Below the pieces are notes generated by a model. That model saw only the letters and a list, made by a program, of their open reading frames with translations. It was not told the DNA's origin and searched no databases. A stretch of 61,604 nt of DNA, the filler included, from Chiloscyllium plagiosum (lineage: Eukaryota), in NCBI RefSeq assembly GCF_004010195.1. It is 3 parts of one record of this genome, joined end to end, with 100 filler letters (N's around TTAATTAATTAA, not from the genome) between each part and the next. Parts side by side here need not be neighbours in the genome. Positions count along the whole stretch, not along the records: positions 1 to 18,142 come from NC_057710.1; 2 more parts are not named here. One strand, written 5' to 3'. This document shows, piece by piece, positions 1 through 12,049 of this stretch; the stretch's first letter is position 1, and every line of letters starts with the position of its first letter. A program made the translations under genes and the position numbers.

Positions 1-233
1 GTGGAGTTTGCACATTCTCCCCGTGTCTGCGTGGGTTTCCTCCGGGTGCTCCGGTTTCCTCCCACAATCCAAAAATGTGCGGGTCAGGTGAATTGGCCAT
101 GCTAAATTGCCCATAGTGTTAGGTTAAAGGGGTAAATGTAGGGGTATGGGTGGGTTGCGCTTCGGCGGGTCAGTGTGGACTTGTTGGGCCGAAGGGCCTG
201 TTTCCACACTGTAAGTAATCTAATCTAATCTAA
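1..233 (+). mobile_element. HE1-type V-SINE, 3' part (5' end lies before the window)
   Basis: V-SINE core GTGGAGTTTGCACATTCTCCCCGTGTCTGCGTGGGTTTCCTCCGGGTGCTCCGGTTTCCTCCCAC, LINE-derived tail GGGCCGAAGGGCCTGTTTCCACACTGT and (TAATC)n end. Confidence 0.9.
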
Positions 234-492
234 ATTTTAGCTTGTTCTCTCTCAGGGATGCTGTCTGACCTGCTGTGACTTCCAGCATTTGTTCCTTTTA
301 ACTAAACACATAATCTTCTCTGTTCTGTCGCTTTTGAAAACTCCTGGGAAAGGAACAACGGTTTAAAATCCAGAGGAGATACACCTGCTCATTTCAACTA
401 AAAATAACTTACTGGTCACACATATCCCCATCAAGAGCTTCTGGGACAGCAACAGTGCAGGAGTAAACTAAAAGCCCTCTTGGCTCAAAATT

Positions 493-1535
493 GAGGTTGG
501 CACTGAGATAAGGTGGGGGAAAGGGAAATGAGGAAGCTGGAGAAATCTGCATTGTGGTTGGAGGGTTCCTAGGTGGAAGATGCGGCGCTCTTCCTCCAGA
601 CATCATGTTGCCATGGTCTGGCGATGGAGGAGGCCAAGGACCTGCATGTCCTTGACGGAGTGGGAGGGGGAGTTAAAGTGTTCAGCCACAGGGCGGTTGG
701 GTTGGTTGGTGCGGGTGTCCCAGAGGTGATCTCTGAAACGTTCCACAAGTAGGCAGCCTATCTCCCCAATCTAGAAGAGGCCACACTGGGTGCAGCGGAT
801 GCAGTAAATGATGTGTGTGGAGGTGGAGGTGCAGGTGAATTTGTGACAGATATGGAAGGATTCCTTGGGGCCTTGGAGGGAAGTGAGGGGGGAGGTGTAG
901 GCGCTTGTTTTGCATTTCTTGCGATTGCAGGGAAGGTGCCAGGAGTGGAGGTTGGTGTGGATCTGACAAGGGAGTCACGGAGGGAGTGGTCTTTCCGGAA
1001 TGCTGATAGGGGAGGGGAGGGAAATATATCCTTGGTGGTGGGGTCTGTTTGGAAGTGGTGGAAATGATGAAGGATGATACGATGGATCTGGAGGTTGGTG
1101 GGGTGGTAGGTGAGGACCAGTGGGGTTCTGTCCTGGTGGCAATTGGGGGGCGGGGTTCAAGGGCAGAGGATTGGGAAGTGGAGGAGATGCAGTGGAGAGC
1201 ATTGTCAACCACGTCTGAGGGGAAATTGCAGTCTTTGAAGAAGGAGGCCATCTGGGTTGTTCAGTATTGGAATTGGTTGGTCACCCGAGATAGAAATGGA
1301 GAGGTCTAGGAAGGGGAGGGAGGAGTCTGAGACGGTCCAGGTAAATTTGAGGTCAGGGTGGAAGGTGTTAGTAAAGTGGATGAACTGTTCAACCTCCTCG
1401 TGGGAGTACGAGGTAGTGCCGATACAGTCATCAATATAGCGGAGGAAAAGGTGGGGGGTGGTGCCAGTGTAGCTGCGGAAGATGGACTGTTCCACATAGC
1501 CTATGAAGAGGCAGGCATAGCTGGGGCCATTGCAG
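493..1535 (-). mobile_element. Penelope-like retroelement fragment (RT C-terminal half plus GIY-YIG endonuclease), degraded
   Basis: Minus-strand GPSYACLFIGYVEQSIF...FLRYIDDCIG...LPFLDLSI (PLE-type RT). Around 815-660 a frame reads IYCIRCTQCGLF*IGE...ERFRDH...VAEHFNSPSH (GIY-YIG). Stops and frameshifts present. Confidence 0.85.
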
Positions 1536-1677
1536 GCCCATGCCGGCATGTTCAGGACTGTGGCCCACCTCTGGCATCTCAGGACAAAATTATCTTCTTC
1601 TGCAGGTTGTATTGGCGTCAAGGCTGCAACATCTGGTGTGTCCATATCACCCTCAGGGGTTTCTTCCACACTAAGGA

Positions 1678-2096
1678 AGATGGGCTCCTCCATCGCCAGA
1701 CCATGGCAACACGACGCCTGGAGGAAGAGCGCCTCATCTTTCTCCTAGGAACCCTCCAACCACAAGGGATGAATGCAGATTTCTCCATCTTCCTCATTTC
1801 CCCTCCCTCCACCTTATCTCAGTGCCAACCCTCGGACTCAGCACCGCCTTCTTGACCTGCAATCTTCTTCTCGACCTCAACACCTTAACCTCCTTCCACC
1901 TATCGCATTCCCAACACCCTCCCCCAAGTCCCTCCTCCCTACCTTTTATCTTGGCACACCTTCCTCATTCCTGAAGAAGGGCTTATGCCTGAAACATCGA
2001 TTCTCCTGCTCCTTAGATGGTGCCTGACCTGCTGCGCTTTTCCAGCAACACATTTTTCAGCTCTGATCTCCAGCATCTGCAGTCCTCACTTTCTCC
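1678..2096 (+). mobile_element. Penelope-like 3' end (pseudo-LTR), inverted relative to 493-1535
   Basis: Encodes RRLEEERLIFLLGTLQPQGMN. 1685-1833 is the reverse complement of ~493-635. Ends in the tail GCTGCGCTTTTCCAGCAACACATTTTTCAGCTCTGATCTCCAGCATCTGCAG. Confidence 0.85.
1971..2000 (+). ncRNA. Minimal hammerhead ribozyme motif (PLE type), partly decayed
   Basis: CTGAAGA-AGGGC-TTAT-GCCT-GAAA-CATC: CUGANGA and GAAA cores flank stem II. The intact family form GCCCGAAACGTC is seen at 6132-6143 on the minus strand. Confidence 0.7.
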
Positions 2097-2099
2097 TAG

Positions 2100-4860
2100 A
2101 GTTCATAGAGACAGCTCCTTGAGAGAAGCAGAACCCCTGACTGGAGCAGATGAACAACACTAACCTGGGAAATTGTATTCAATGAGGTTCACTGGCTGAC
2201 TGCGTTCCATTCATTACCTCTATTCCTCCTCTAAGTGCTGGGACAAAGGCCCATTTCTTTTCCTGTAGCATCTTCTCAGGCATTTTCCCAAGCGGTCCAC
2301 TTCCTCAAACCCTGGCTTGACTAGTGCCGGCATGTTCTGCACAGTGGACCACCTCTGGCATCTCAGGACAAAATTATCTTCTTCTGCAGGTTGTATTGGT
2401 GTCAAGGCTGCAACATCTGGTGTGTCTATATAATCCTCAGGGGTTTCTTCCACACTTAGGAGGATGGGGAGAATGCATAGGTTCGGACAACCTTGCTGTA
2501 GGTTCTGAGGAGCTGGGTATGTTTTGCTCCTAGCCACTTGTGAAGTTACAGCTATCGTGTGATCCTCACATTTGTTCAGGACTGCCTCTCCTAAACATAA
2601 ATTGTACGTCATGGGACGTGTCCTCACTTCGACCATGCCTGTTACCCACACAGGGCTGTTCCCATGGTTTCTCTAACAGATGTTGTCCCATGACGTAAAC
2701 CGCCTCTCACGCAAAGAATTTTGTGGCCAGCATTGATGATTCATTTGCAGATTTACCCTCCCCACAAAGTTCAGGAAGATCAGATTTAACCTGGTGTGGA
2801 GTCTCCTCTGTGTTAGCAATTCTGCTGGAGATGTCTGTGTAGTTGCATGAGCGCTTTTTCTGAAATCAAACAGAAACTAGGACAGTTGATATCCAGTGCT
2901 GTTGTAGGCTGTTTTCTTAACCCTACTTCAGTGTTTTGACTGTCCTTTCTGCCAGACTATCGGACAATAGATGCAGCTGTCAGTACATGTTGAATACCAT
3001 TCGACTTCAGAAAATACTCAAAACTCTCTGCTGGCAAATGGATGTTGTCATCTTTGACTAACAAATACATGCGCCAGATGCTAACAATTTTTCAATTGTA
3101 GTACTCATATTTAACAATTCAACTTTATGCATCTCCAAACACTTTGAATGGGCATGCACAATGATTAAAAGTATAGATCCATGAACAGACTGGCACAGAT
3201 GAAATGTAACTCAGTCCAGGTTATATCTGGCCAGTCCCATGAATATGGTGCCCTGCTGGAAAGGTCCTTGTTGGCATTTGGAGTACTGCCCCACCAACAT
3301 GGCTGTCGCGGCATCCAGTCCTGGCCACCAGACATAAATTCTTGTCAATATCTTCATTTTGGAAATCACAGGATAACCCCTGGTAGAGTTCAGCCAGTAT
3401 CTGACAGTGATACTGTTCCCCATGCTTGTTCCCCATATTAGTATGCCATCCTCAATTGTCATCTGGTCTCACCAGGTCCACAAATGATTCAGTCCTGCTT
3501 GGGATGACACTTTCATTGCCAACACTACAACTTTTGTTTTGCCAGGTCTGATATTGTGACCAGGAGGGTGTCCAGAATGTTTACAACCAGAATGGCTCTT
3601 CCAGTGGTGGCACTTGCCATGGCGTATGCACTATTGGCAGTTGGCTTCAGGCATTTACCACTTGACAGCACAAATGGTGTTCCAACTTGTAATTGCATGT
3701 GTTCAGAAGAAGAGTTCACCGCTGAATTCGATCTGAAGCAAGAAGTGGGATAGCCCTGCCTTCTTTAGGTAGCCCTAACAAGGGTTTGTGGTCCATCACT
3801 ATTTCAAATTTATATAGCAAAAGGTATTGGTTGAAGTTTCTCACACAAAAGGTTCTGAGAAACTTTCCTTCCTTATCTCAACATACCTTCATTGGCATTA
3901 GCTAAAGTCTGGAAAGCATAATCTATCAGCAGTCCTTTCTGCTGAGCCATCGGTGAGTCAGCAGGAACTTGATACAGGATGGGGAGGCTTTGCATGTCAG
4001 CGCCACATCTCACTGGGGATTTTTCTGTGCCAAGACAAAAAACGATGATAGCTGCCTATTCATTTCCCAAAAGGCTACTTCCTAGCAATGTGCTTATTTA
4101 CAAAGCTGTCCCCTTCTGAATACCAAATCTAAGCTGCTAAGGTGGAGGCCAGGTCATTACAGAATTTTCTATAATAATTCACCAACCCAAGCTACGATGC
4201 ATATGTGGGAGCTCAGGATCCCTTGGTTGCCTTTTCTTCATCTTTGAATGTGTGTAACCCACTCTTGTCGATGCTGCAGCTCAAGGACATCACTTCGGGG
4301 TGCCTTGGAACACACATTTCTTCATTTCTAAGGCTTTAGAGAAACATTAAATGCTCTTCATTGATCTTGCCAGATAATAGCACATCATTCAGATAAAAAG
4401 AGAACGGGGTGGATGTTGTAAAATGTTCTCCCTCATTCACTGGAAACCCCAGATGGGTATTAATTGGAGTTTATTTATGGGGATGCTCATTGAATCAGAA
4501 TGGCACGTTCACATGGCTCATATTCAGCTTTGTGACAGACCTGTCCCCTGCAGTTTTGCATACAATCCGCGATGTGACGGATCAGTTATTTCTCTGGCTT
4601 CAAAAAGTGGTTTATCGTTCCTTTAAAATCTCCACAAAGGCGATTAGACCCATAATGGGTATGAACAAGTGCTGCTCAGAGGGAAAACTACAATGGTTTA
4701 ATGATTGCTTCGCTTTCTTGATTTGTGCTACATTTGCAGGCAATGGAAATGCCACTGGTAGTTCCACTATTGTGCCGAAATGCCTGCTTCCAAACCGTTG
4801 AGTTTTTGTCAACTCTGACAACACTCTGCTTAACAACACTCCAAGGGCCCTACCCTGAAC
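2100..4860 (-). mobile_element. Decayed Gypsy/Ty3 LTR retrotransposon (RT-RNaseH-integrase remnants), unit 1
   Basis: ORF 3211-3462 YPVISKMKILTRIYVWWPGLD...KCQQ resembles the integrase HHCC region (HPGxxKMK..RSYVWWPGLD..C..CQ). 4612-4839 is an RT N-terminal-like remnant. Many stops. Confidence 0.8.
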
Positions 4861-5363
4861 GTTGTAAGTCTTGCTCTGTTGCTCTCACCAAAATGCAACA
4901 CTTTGCATTTATCAAAATTAAACGCATCTGCCACTCTCTAAAAACCATGTTTCCTATATACCAAATCATTTACAGAAATGACAAATGGCATTAGAACCAG
5001 AACTGATCCCTGTATTCGTCACAGGCCTCTAGTCTGAAAAACAACCCTCCATTCGTTTAAAGCCAAAGATGCAAACAGAAAAACCTAAAATCTCCCAACA
5101 CTGCCTGTATCAGACACTCCCAAAACAATCACAGCACCAGGAGAAAAACTCTGCTCTTTCAAAACAGACATGAAACCTGCTTTCACATTGTTAAACAAAA
5201 AAATTACTATTTCTCTGGGTAAAGACAGAAAGAAAGAAATAAACAATCAAACATTTGCTCTCCTGGATTCCGACCCCAGCAAACACTCATGGGAAGGGGC
5301 CAGTGGGCCAAAATATAAATAAACTTTAAAAAATCAAAGAAACCAACCAATAAATGAACAATG

Positions 5364-5392
5364 CTGATGAGGAGTCATCCAGACTCGAAATC
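5364..5392 (+). ncRNA. Hammerhead ribozyme-like motif of a second Penelope family
   Basis: CTGATGA-G-GAGTC-ATCCA-GACTC-GAAA with perfect stem II, followed by a PLE-type tail GGATGCTGTCTGACCTGCTG. Stem III is degenerate. Decayed paralogues at 9738, 11220 and ~14435. Confidence 0.6.
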
Positions 5393-5416
5393 CTATATTG
5401 CTCTCTCTCATGGATG

Positions 5417-5800
5417 CTGTCTGACCTGCTGTAATCATCAGCATTTGCTCTTTTCAATCAAATAGTTAAATCCTCTCTGCTTAGTCATGATTGGACACTC
5501 CTGGGAAAACAACAACAATGGTTTGAAGTCCAGAGGAAGTACACCTGCTCTTTGCAACTGAAAATAACTCACCACTCACACCAATCCCCATCAAGAGCTT
5601 CTGGGACACTGTCTGACCTGCTGTAATCATCAGCATTTGCTCTTTTCAATCAAATAGTTAAATCCTCTCTGCTTAGTCATGATTGGACACTCCTGGGAAA
5701 ACAACAACAATGGTTTGAAGTCCAGAGGAAGTACACCTGCTCTTTGCAACTGAAAATAACTCACCACTCACACCAATCCCCATCAAGAGCTTCTGGGACA
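5417..5800. repeat. Exact 192-bp tandem duplication
   Basis: 5417-5608 and 5609-5800 read identically by eye (CTGTCTGACCTG...CTTCTGGGACA). Confidence 0.9.
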
Positions 5801-5844
5801 GCAACAGTGCAGGAAGACAATTAAAGCCCCTTTGGCTCAAAATT

Positions 5845-6650
5845 GGGCAGCTTGTCAGCACTGAGTGCCTGCAGTGACGTAGATTCAGACCAATGTTCAG
5901 GTAATGCCAAAGCTCTGTTTGAAAATGGTTCAAGGAGGGAATGGATAGGTGTTGAAGCCATTTGTAATTACAATGACTTACATGGCATTTTGGACCAGGC
6001 GAAGGATGATGACAAACTTGATGGTGCAAATGAAGCCGAGAATAACGTTGCACAAATGATGGTGTCAAAACTGAAAATGTGTTGCTGGAAAAGCGCAGCA
6101 GGTTAGGCAGCATCCAGGGAACAGGAGAATCGACGTTTCGGGCATAAGCCCTTCTTCAGGATGGTGTCAAAAACCTTTGTAAGTTCCAAGAAGGTCATTT
6201 ACAGCAGTGAAAATCATGTCTATTGTGACCCTCTGTCACCAAAAGCTACACTGTGATTCCAGGAGGAATTCCTCAGGCACTGGGAGGAGTCAGTTGAAAA
6301 AAGACCTTGGCCGTGAGTTTTCCAATGGGTGACATCAGGGATATTCCCCTGTAGTTACCACAGCCTGACATGTTCGTTTTTTTGAAAATACTCATGATGG
6401 TTGCATCTGGGAGCTCCCTGGGACACTCTCCTGCTTCCAGATAAGGCAGAAAAGGGGATGCAGCTGCACTGGGACCTTATTGCTTCCACATATCTATGAC
6501 TCAGGGAGAATACAAGTTGCAGCTGCAGCCTTGTTCTTAAGCTGGAGGACAGCCTGCTCTGTTTCATCCAACAGTTGGGTATTGCTGAGCTCCTTGTGTT
6601 TAATATGCTAAGAGGTGCAATTCAAGAATTTCCACATGAAAAGTCCATGA
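5845..6650 (-). mobile_element. RTE-clade LINE remnant (unit 2)
   Basis: Paralogous to 11500-12020 (shared TTCCCCTGTAGTTACCACAGCCTGACAT...TTTTGAAAATACTCA), where RTE-type RT residues are readable. Confidence 0.55.
6071..6159 (-). mobile_element. ~89-bp Penelope-derived hammerhead mini-insertion with 13-bp target-site duplication
   Basis: Reverse complement reads CTGAAGAAGGGCTTATGCCCGAAACGTCGATTCTCC...CACATTTTCAG. Flanked by GATGGTGTCAAAA at 6058-6070 and 6160-6172. Confidence 0.85.
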
Positions 6651-6659
6651 AACTGACCT

Positions 6660-9370
6660 AAACTTTACAGAGACAGCTCCTTGAGTGAAGCAAAACCCCT
6701 GACACACATGCCAGACAGGAGTTCCTGATTGGACCAGATGACCAGCCCCAACCTGGGAAATTGTATTCTCTGAGGTTCAGTGGCTGACTGCGTTACAATC
6801 ATTATCTCCATTCCCCTCTAAGTCCTGGGACATAAGTCTATTCCCTTTCCTGTAGCATCTCCGGAGACGTTTTCCCACTAGGTCCACTTCCTCGGAATCT
6901 GGCTTGGCTAATGCTAACCGTATAAAGTGCTGTCCAGAAATGCATATACATATACCACTTTACCCTCATCCACCTGTTTGGTCACCTTCTCAAAGAAATC
7001 AACAAAGTTTGTGAGGAAGGACCAACCCTTCACATAACCGTGTTGACTGTCCCTAATCAAATCCTAGAAAGGATGCAAAGATTGTACATCATTGGATGTG
7101 TCCTCACTTCAACCAAGCTTCTTACTCATGCAATGTCATTCCCATGTATATCATGGGAATAGCACATTTTCTCCCATGAAGTAAACTGCATCTGACACAA
7201 AGAGGGGTTTTGTAGCCAGCACTGGAATTCACCCTCTCCACAAGGTCTGGGAAGTTCAGATATAATCTGAAGTGGAGGCTTCCCCACACAAGCAACCCTG
7301 CTGGTGCTGTCCTTGCAGTTGCATGAGCACTGTTTCTATAATCAAACAGAAACTGGGACAGTGAAGTTGCAGGCTGTTTTCTTAACCTTATCTTCAATGC
7401 TTGGACTGTATTTTCCACCACACGATCGGACAATGGGTACAACTCTCATTACATGCCGAATGCCATTCTACCTTTGGAAATACTCAAAAACGCCCTGCTG
7501 GTAAATGAATGCCCATTATCTGTTACCAAGGTGTCCAAACAACAGGCTGAAAACTTGTCAATCGTCATCCTCACATTTGGCAAAAGAACTTTATGTACAT
7601 CGAACCATTTTGAATGAGCATGCACAATGATTAAAAGTGTTGATCCCATGAAAGGGCTGGCACATTCAACATGTGACTGACTCCATGCTGTACCTGGCCA
7701 ATTCCATCAATATCATGCGCTGCTGGCAACAATTTTTGTCCTTGGTGGCACTTGAGCTATTGCCCCCACAACATTGCTGCATCGGCATCCAATCCTGGCA
7801 CCCAGACATAACTTCTCATCAACTTCTCCATTTTGGAAATCACAGGATGACCCTGATCATGTTCAGCCAGTATCTGACAGTGAACTTTGCTTGCAACAAN
7901 NNNNNNNNNNNNNNNNNNNNNNNNNNNNNNNNNNNNNNNNNNNNNNNNNNNNNNNNNNNNNNNNNNNNNNNNNNNNNNNNNNNNNNNNNNNNNNNNNNNN
8001 NNNNNNNNNNNNNNNNNNNNNNNNNNNNNNNNNNNNNNNNNNNNNNNNNNNNNNNNNNNNNNNNNNNNNNNNNNNNNNNNNNNNNNNNNNNNNNNNNNNN
8101 NNNNNNNNNNNNNNNNNNNNNNNNNNNNNNNNNNNNNNNNNNNNNNNNNNNNNNNNNNNNNNNNNNNNNNNNNNNNNNNNNNNNNNNNNNNNNNNNNNNN
8201 NNNNNNNNNNNNNNNNNNNNNCCTAAAACTAGAAGTGGGACACCCTGTCCTCTTCAGGGAGCCTGAGCAGGGCTTTGTGGTCCATTACTATTTCAAATTT
8301 ATATGCAGAACGGTATTAGTTGAAACTTCTCATACAACAGATTCCCACCAAACTTTCCTTCTCTATCTGCACGTAACTTCATTCAGCCTGGGAAGCATAT
8401 ACTACTGGACAGTCACCATTGCTGAGCGGGCGGTGAGTCAGCAGTAACCGGATACTGTAAAGGAAGACTTTACATGTCAACACCATATCTCACCGGGGAT
8501 TATTCTGTGTGATGACTCTAAACGATAGTCGTTGCATTTTCATTTCCTGCAAGGCTGCTTCTTGGTGACATGACTACTTGCAAAGCTGACGCTTTCTGAA
8601 TAGCAAATTGAAGCTGCCAAGATGGAGGCCAGGTCATTCCATAATTTTGCATAATAATTCACCAATCCAGGAAAGACCGAAGAGCAGATACAGACATGGA
8701 GCCAACGTTGCCCACAGTTTATCTTCGAATGTGTGTAACCTGCTCTTGTCCATGCTCAAGGAGGGCATTTGGTGTGCCTTGGAATACTTTTTTTCCTTCC
8801 TCAGGCCTTGGAGAAATATTGAATGGATTTTATTGATCTTCCCAGTTATTAGCAATCATTCTGATAAATAGTGAACTGACTAGCCCTTGTAAAATGTTCT
8901 CCACTGTTCAGCGGAAAGATTCATTGACTGATCATACCTGAAAACAAAGGCAGTCAAGTATATTGTTTCCATCCCTTACTGGTATCAATTGCAGCATATT
9001 TATAGGAATCCTTATTGAATAATAATGGCAGGTTCACATGGCTAAGTTCAAATGCAGGCCTCCTGTAGTTTATCATACACGTCCTCGATGCAATGGATGG
9101 ATATTTACCTGGCTTCAAAAACTGGCTCACTGTTCCATTAAAATATCCAGAAAGGCAAAGCGATCCAACATAAGGACGACCATTGCTGCTCAAAGGGCAA
9201 ACCACAATGGTTTGATGATTGCTTTGCTTCCCATGCTCGTGACATGTCCGACATTTGCGCAGATGGCAAATGGCACTGGTTGTGTGGACCTGTTGAGCCA
9301 AATGGCCTGATTCCGCACTGTAGAGGTTCTGTGAACCCTGAGGACTCTCTGTTTGACAACATCAACACGC
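6660..9370 (-). mobile_element. Decayed Gypsy element, unit 2 (spans an N gap; small CR1 piece at ~6950-7065)
   Basis: Integrase core remnants GSTLLIIVHAHSKWFDVH..LVTDNGHSFTS (7449-7649) and VENTVQALKIRL..LSQFLFDYRNSAHATA (7122-7442). RT remnants at 8600-9300. Confidence 0.8.
7900..8221. other. Assembly gap
   Basis: Run of N. Confidence 1.
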
Positions 9371-11499
9371 CCTGCCATTAACTGCCACTCCTAACAAACA
9401 ATGAATCACATATTCTCATCCAAGTCCTTCAGATAAATAACAAACGGTATTGGACTCAGCACCAATTGCTGCATTTGTCACAGACCTGTAGCCTGCATCG
9501 GGCACTCCCTGGAACAGGCACAGTACTGGGACATACACTCTTCTCTTTCAAAATAGAAATTAAAGCTGCTTTCACTTTGGAAAACAAACAAAACCTATCC
9601 CACTGAGGAAAGGCACAAAGAAATAAGCAATCAAAAACTGGCTCTTCTAGGACTCAGACCCCACCACGGGCAGGGGCCACGGGGTGCCAAAATAAAAATA
9701 AACTCAAGTAAATGAAAGAAAACAAAAATGAACAGCTCTGACGAGGAATCATCTAGACACAAAATCTTAGCTTGCTCTCTCTCATGGATGTTATAAGACA
9801 TGATATAATCTAAAACATTTGTTCTTTTCACCTAAATAAACAACTTGGCGATTAGGTTTCCAATTGTCGATATTAGGGATGTTCCCCTGTAGTTTCACAG
9901 GCTGACATGTCCCCCTTTTTTGAAAATACTCATGACCTTGGCATCTGGGATGCTCTCCTCCTTTGAGATAAGGCAGACGAGGGCATGCAGCTGCACTGGC
10001 AGCTCAGTGCCTCCGCACTGCAATGCCTCGGGGGTATACTATTTGCACCTGCAGCCTTATTCTTGAGCTGGACAACAGCCGTCTCTGTTTCATCCAAGTC
10101 TTGGGTATTCCTGAGCTCTTTGCATGTAACATGCTGTGGTAAGCAATTCAAGAATTTCCAAATGCATTGCACATGACACTGACTGAGCTTTTGTAGAGAC
10201 AGCTTCTCAAGTGAGCAGAACTACTGATTACCCCTGCTTGTCAGGACTCTCGGATAGGATCAGGTTAAAAGACCTCACCTCAGAAACTATATTCAATGAG
10301 GTTCACTTGCTGATGGTATTCCAATCTTTACCTCCCTCCCCATCTAATTCCTGGGACAAAAGCCATTTCTCATTCCTGTACCACTTGTTGAGTCATTTTC
10401 CCACTAGGCCCACTTCCTTGGATTATGGCTTCGATACGACCGGCATCTCCAGGACAGTGGCCTATCTCTTGTGTCTCAGAAGAAATTAACCTTCTTCCAC
10501 AAGTGGCAATGGGGTCAGAGCTGCAACTTCTGCCATGTCCATCTTACCCTGAGAGGTTTGTTCCACACTGGGAGGATGTGGAGAAACCGCAGGTAAAAAC
10601 AGCCTTGCCTGATGTTCTGAGGGGCTGGGTATGTTTTGCTTCTGGCCACTTGTGAGGTTACAGCTATCATGTGACCCACACATTTGTTCAGAACCACCTG
10701 AACGACCCAAGCATTGTGCAGTCTTGCTCTGTTCATCTGACTAAAATGCAACACATTGCATTTATCAAAATTAAGCTCCATCTGCCACTCCATACAAACC
10801 GTGTTCCCTATATTCTCATCCAAAACCATTACATAAATGACAAATGGCATTGGACCCTGCACCAATCCCTGTATTCATCACAGTCTTCCAGCCAGCAAAA
10901 CAGATGCCCACTCATTTAAAACCAAAGGCAGAAATGGAATAAATCAAGGATCCCTTGTATTGCCCGCATCACACACTCCTCGAAAAGGCACTACCAGAAG
11001 AAATGCTTTGCTCTTTCAAAACAGAAACCAAAGCTGCTTTCACTTTGTTTATTTCTATCTTTCTTTCCACAGACTAATAGTGACTTTTTTGTTTAACTAT
11101 CCAATATTGGCTTTCCCTAGACTCTGTCCACTCCAAACACTCATGGGCAGGGTCTACAAGAGGCCTAAATGAAGTTACACTCAAGCAAATCAAAGAAGAC
11201 AAATAATACATGAACAGCTCTGACGAGGAGTCATCAAGACATGAAAGCTTAACTTGCTGTCTCTCTCTCTCTCTCTCTCTCATGGATGCTGTCTGACATG
11301 CTGTGATCTTCAACATTTGTTCGTTTCAACAAAATACATCTCTGTTCTGTTACTATTGAAATTTACTGGGAAAGGAAAGCAATGGTTTAATGGTTTAAAA
11401 TGCACAACTGCTCATTTCAACTAAAAATAACTTATCCCACACACCGATCCCCATCAAGAGCTTCTGCGACAGCAATACTGTAGCACAAAATTAATGATT

Positions 11500-12020
11500 G
11501 TCAGCAGTGAAGTCTAGCAGTGAGGCAGATTCACTCCCGGGTTAGACCAGGTGAAGGGAGATGACAAACTTAAAAGTGCAACTAAAGTGATAAAGAATGC
11601 CCCACAAATAGTATTGAGGAAGTGAAAGGCCTTAGTTAAGTCCAAGTAGGCCACGTAAAAGACATGCCCATTGTGCCTCTCCGTGGCCGAAAGCCACACT
11701 GAGTCTCCGGGAGGACATCCTTAGCCACAGGTTGGAGACAGCTGAAAATAACCTTGCCAATGAATTTTCCAATGCTCGACAGAAGGGACATTCCCCTGCA
11801 GTTACCACAGTCTGACATTCCCCTTTTGGAAAATACTCACATCTTTGGCATTTGGGAACACTCCTGCAATGCTCTCCTGCTTCCTGGGAACTCAGTGCCT
11901 CTGCATTTCAGTGCCTCAGAGGGAATACCATTTGCACCTGCAGCTTTATTCTCCGTTTTATCCAGGATTGGGCATTGCTGATCTTGCATGAAATATGCTG
12001 CAGGATCCAATTCAAGAATT
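11500..12020 (-). mobile_element. RTE-clade LINE RT fragment
   Basis: DCGNCRGMSLLSSIGKFIGKVI...LPETQCGFRPRRGTM and YVAYLDLTKAF match non-LTR RT motifs (CxNYRGISLL, E.QCGFR, F.DLTKAFD). Confidence 0.75.
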
Positions 12021-12049
12021 TACATGTGCACAGGATATGACACTATCCT

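Noticed and set aside
7673..8447. Long ORFs at 7673-8447 and 28597-29280
   Set aside because: Open only because they run through N gaps or low-complexity sequence.
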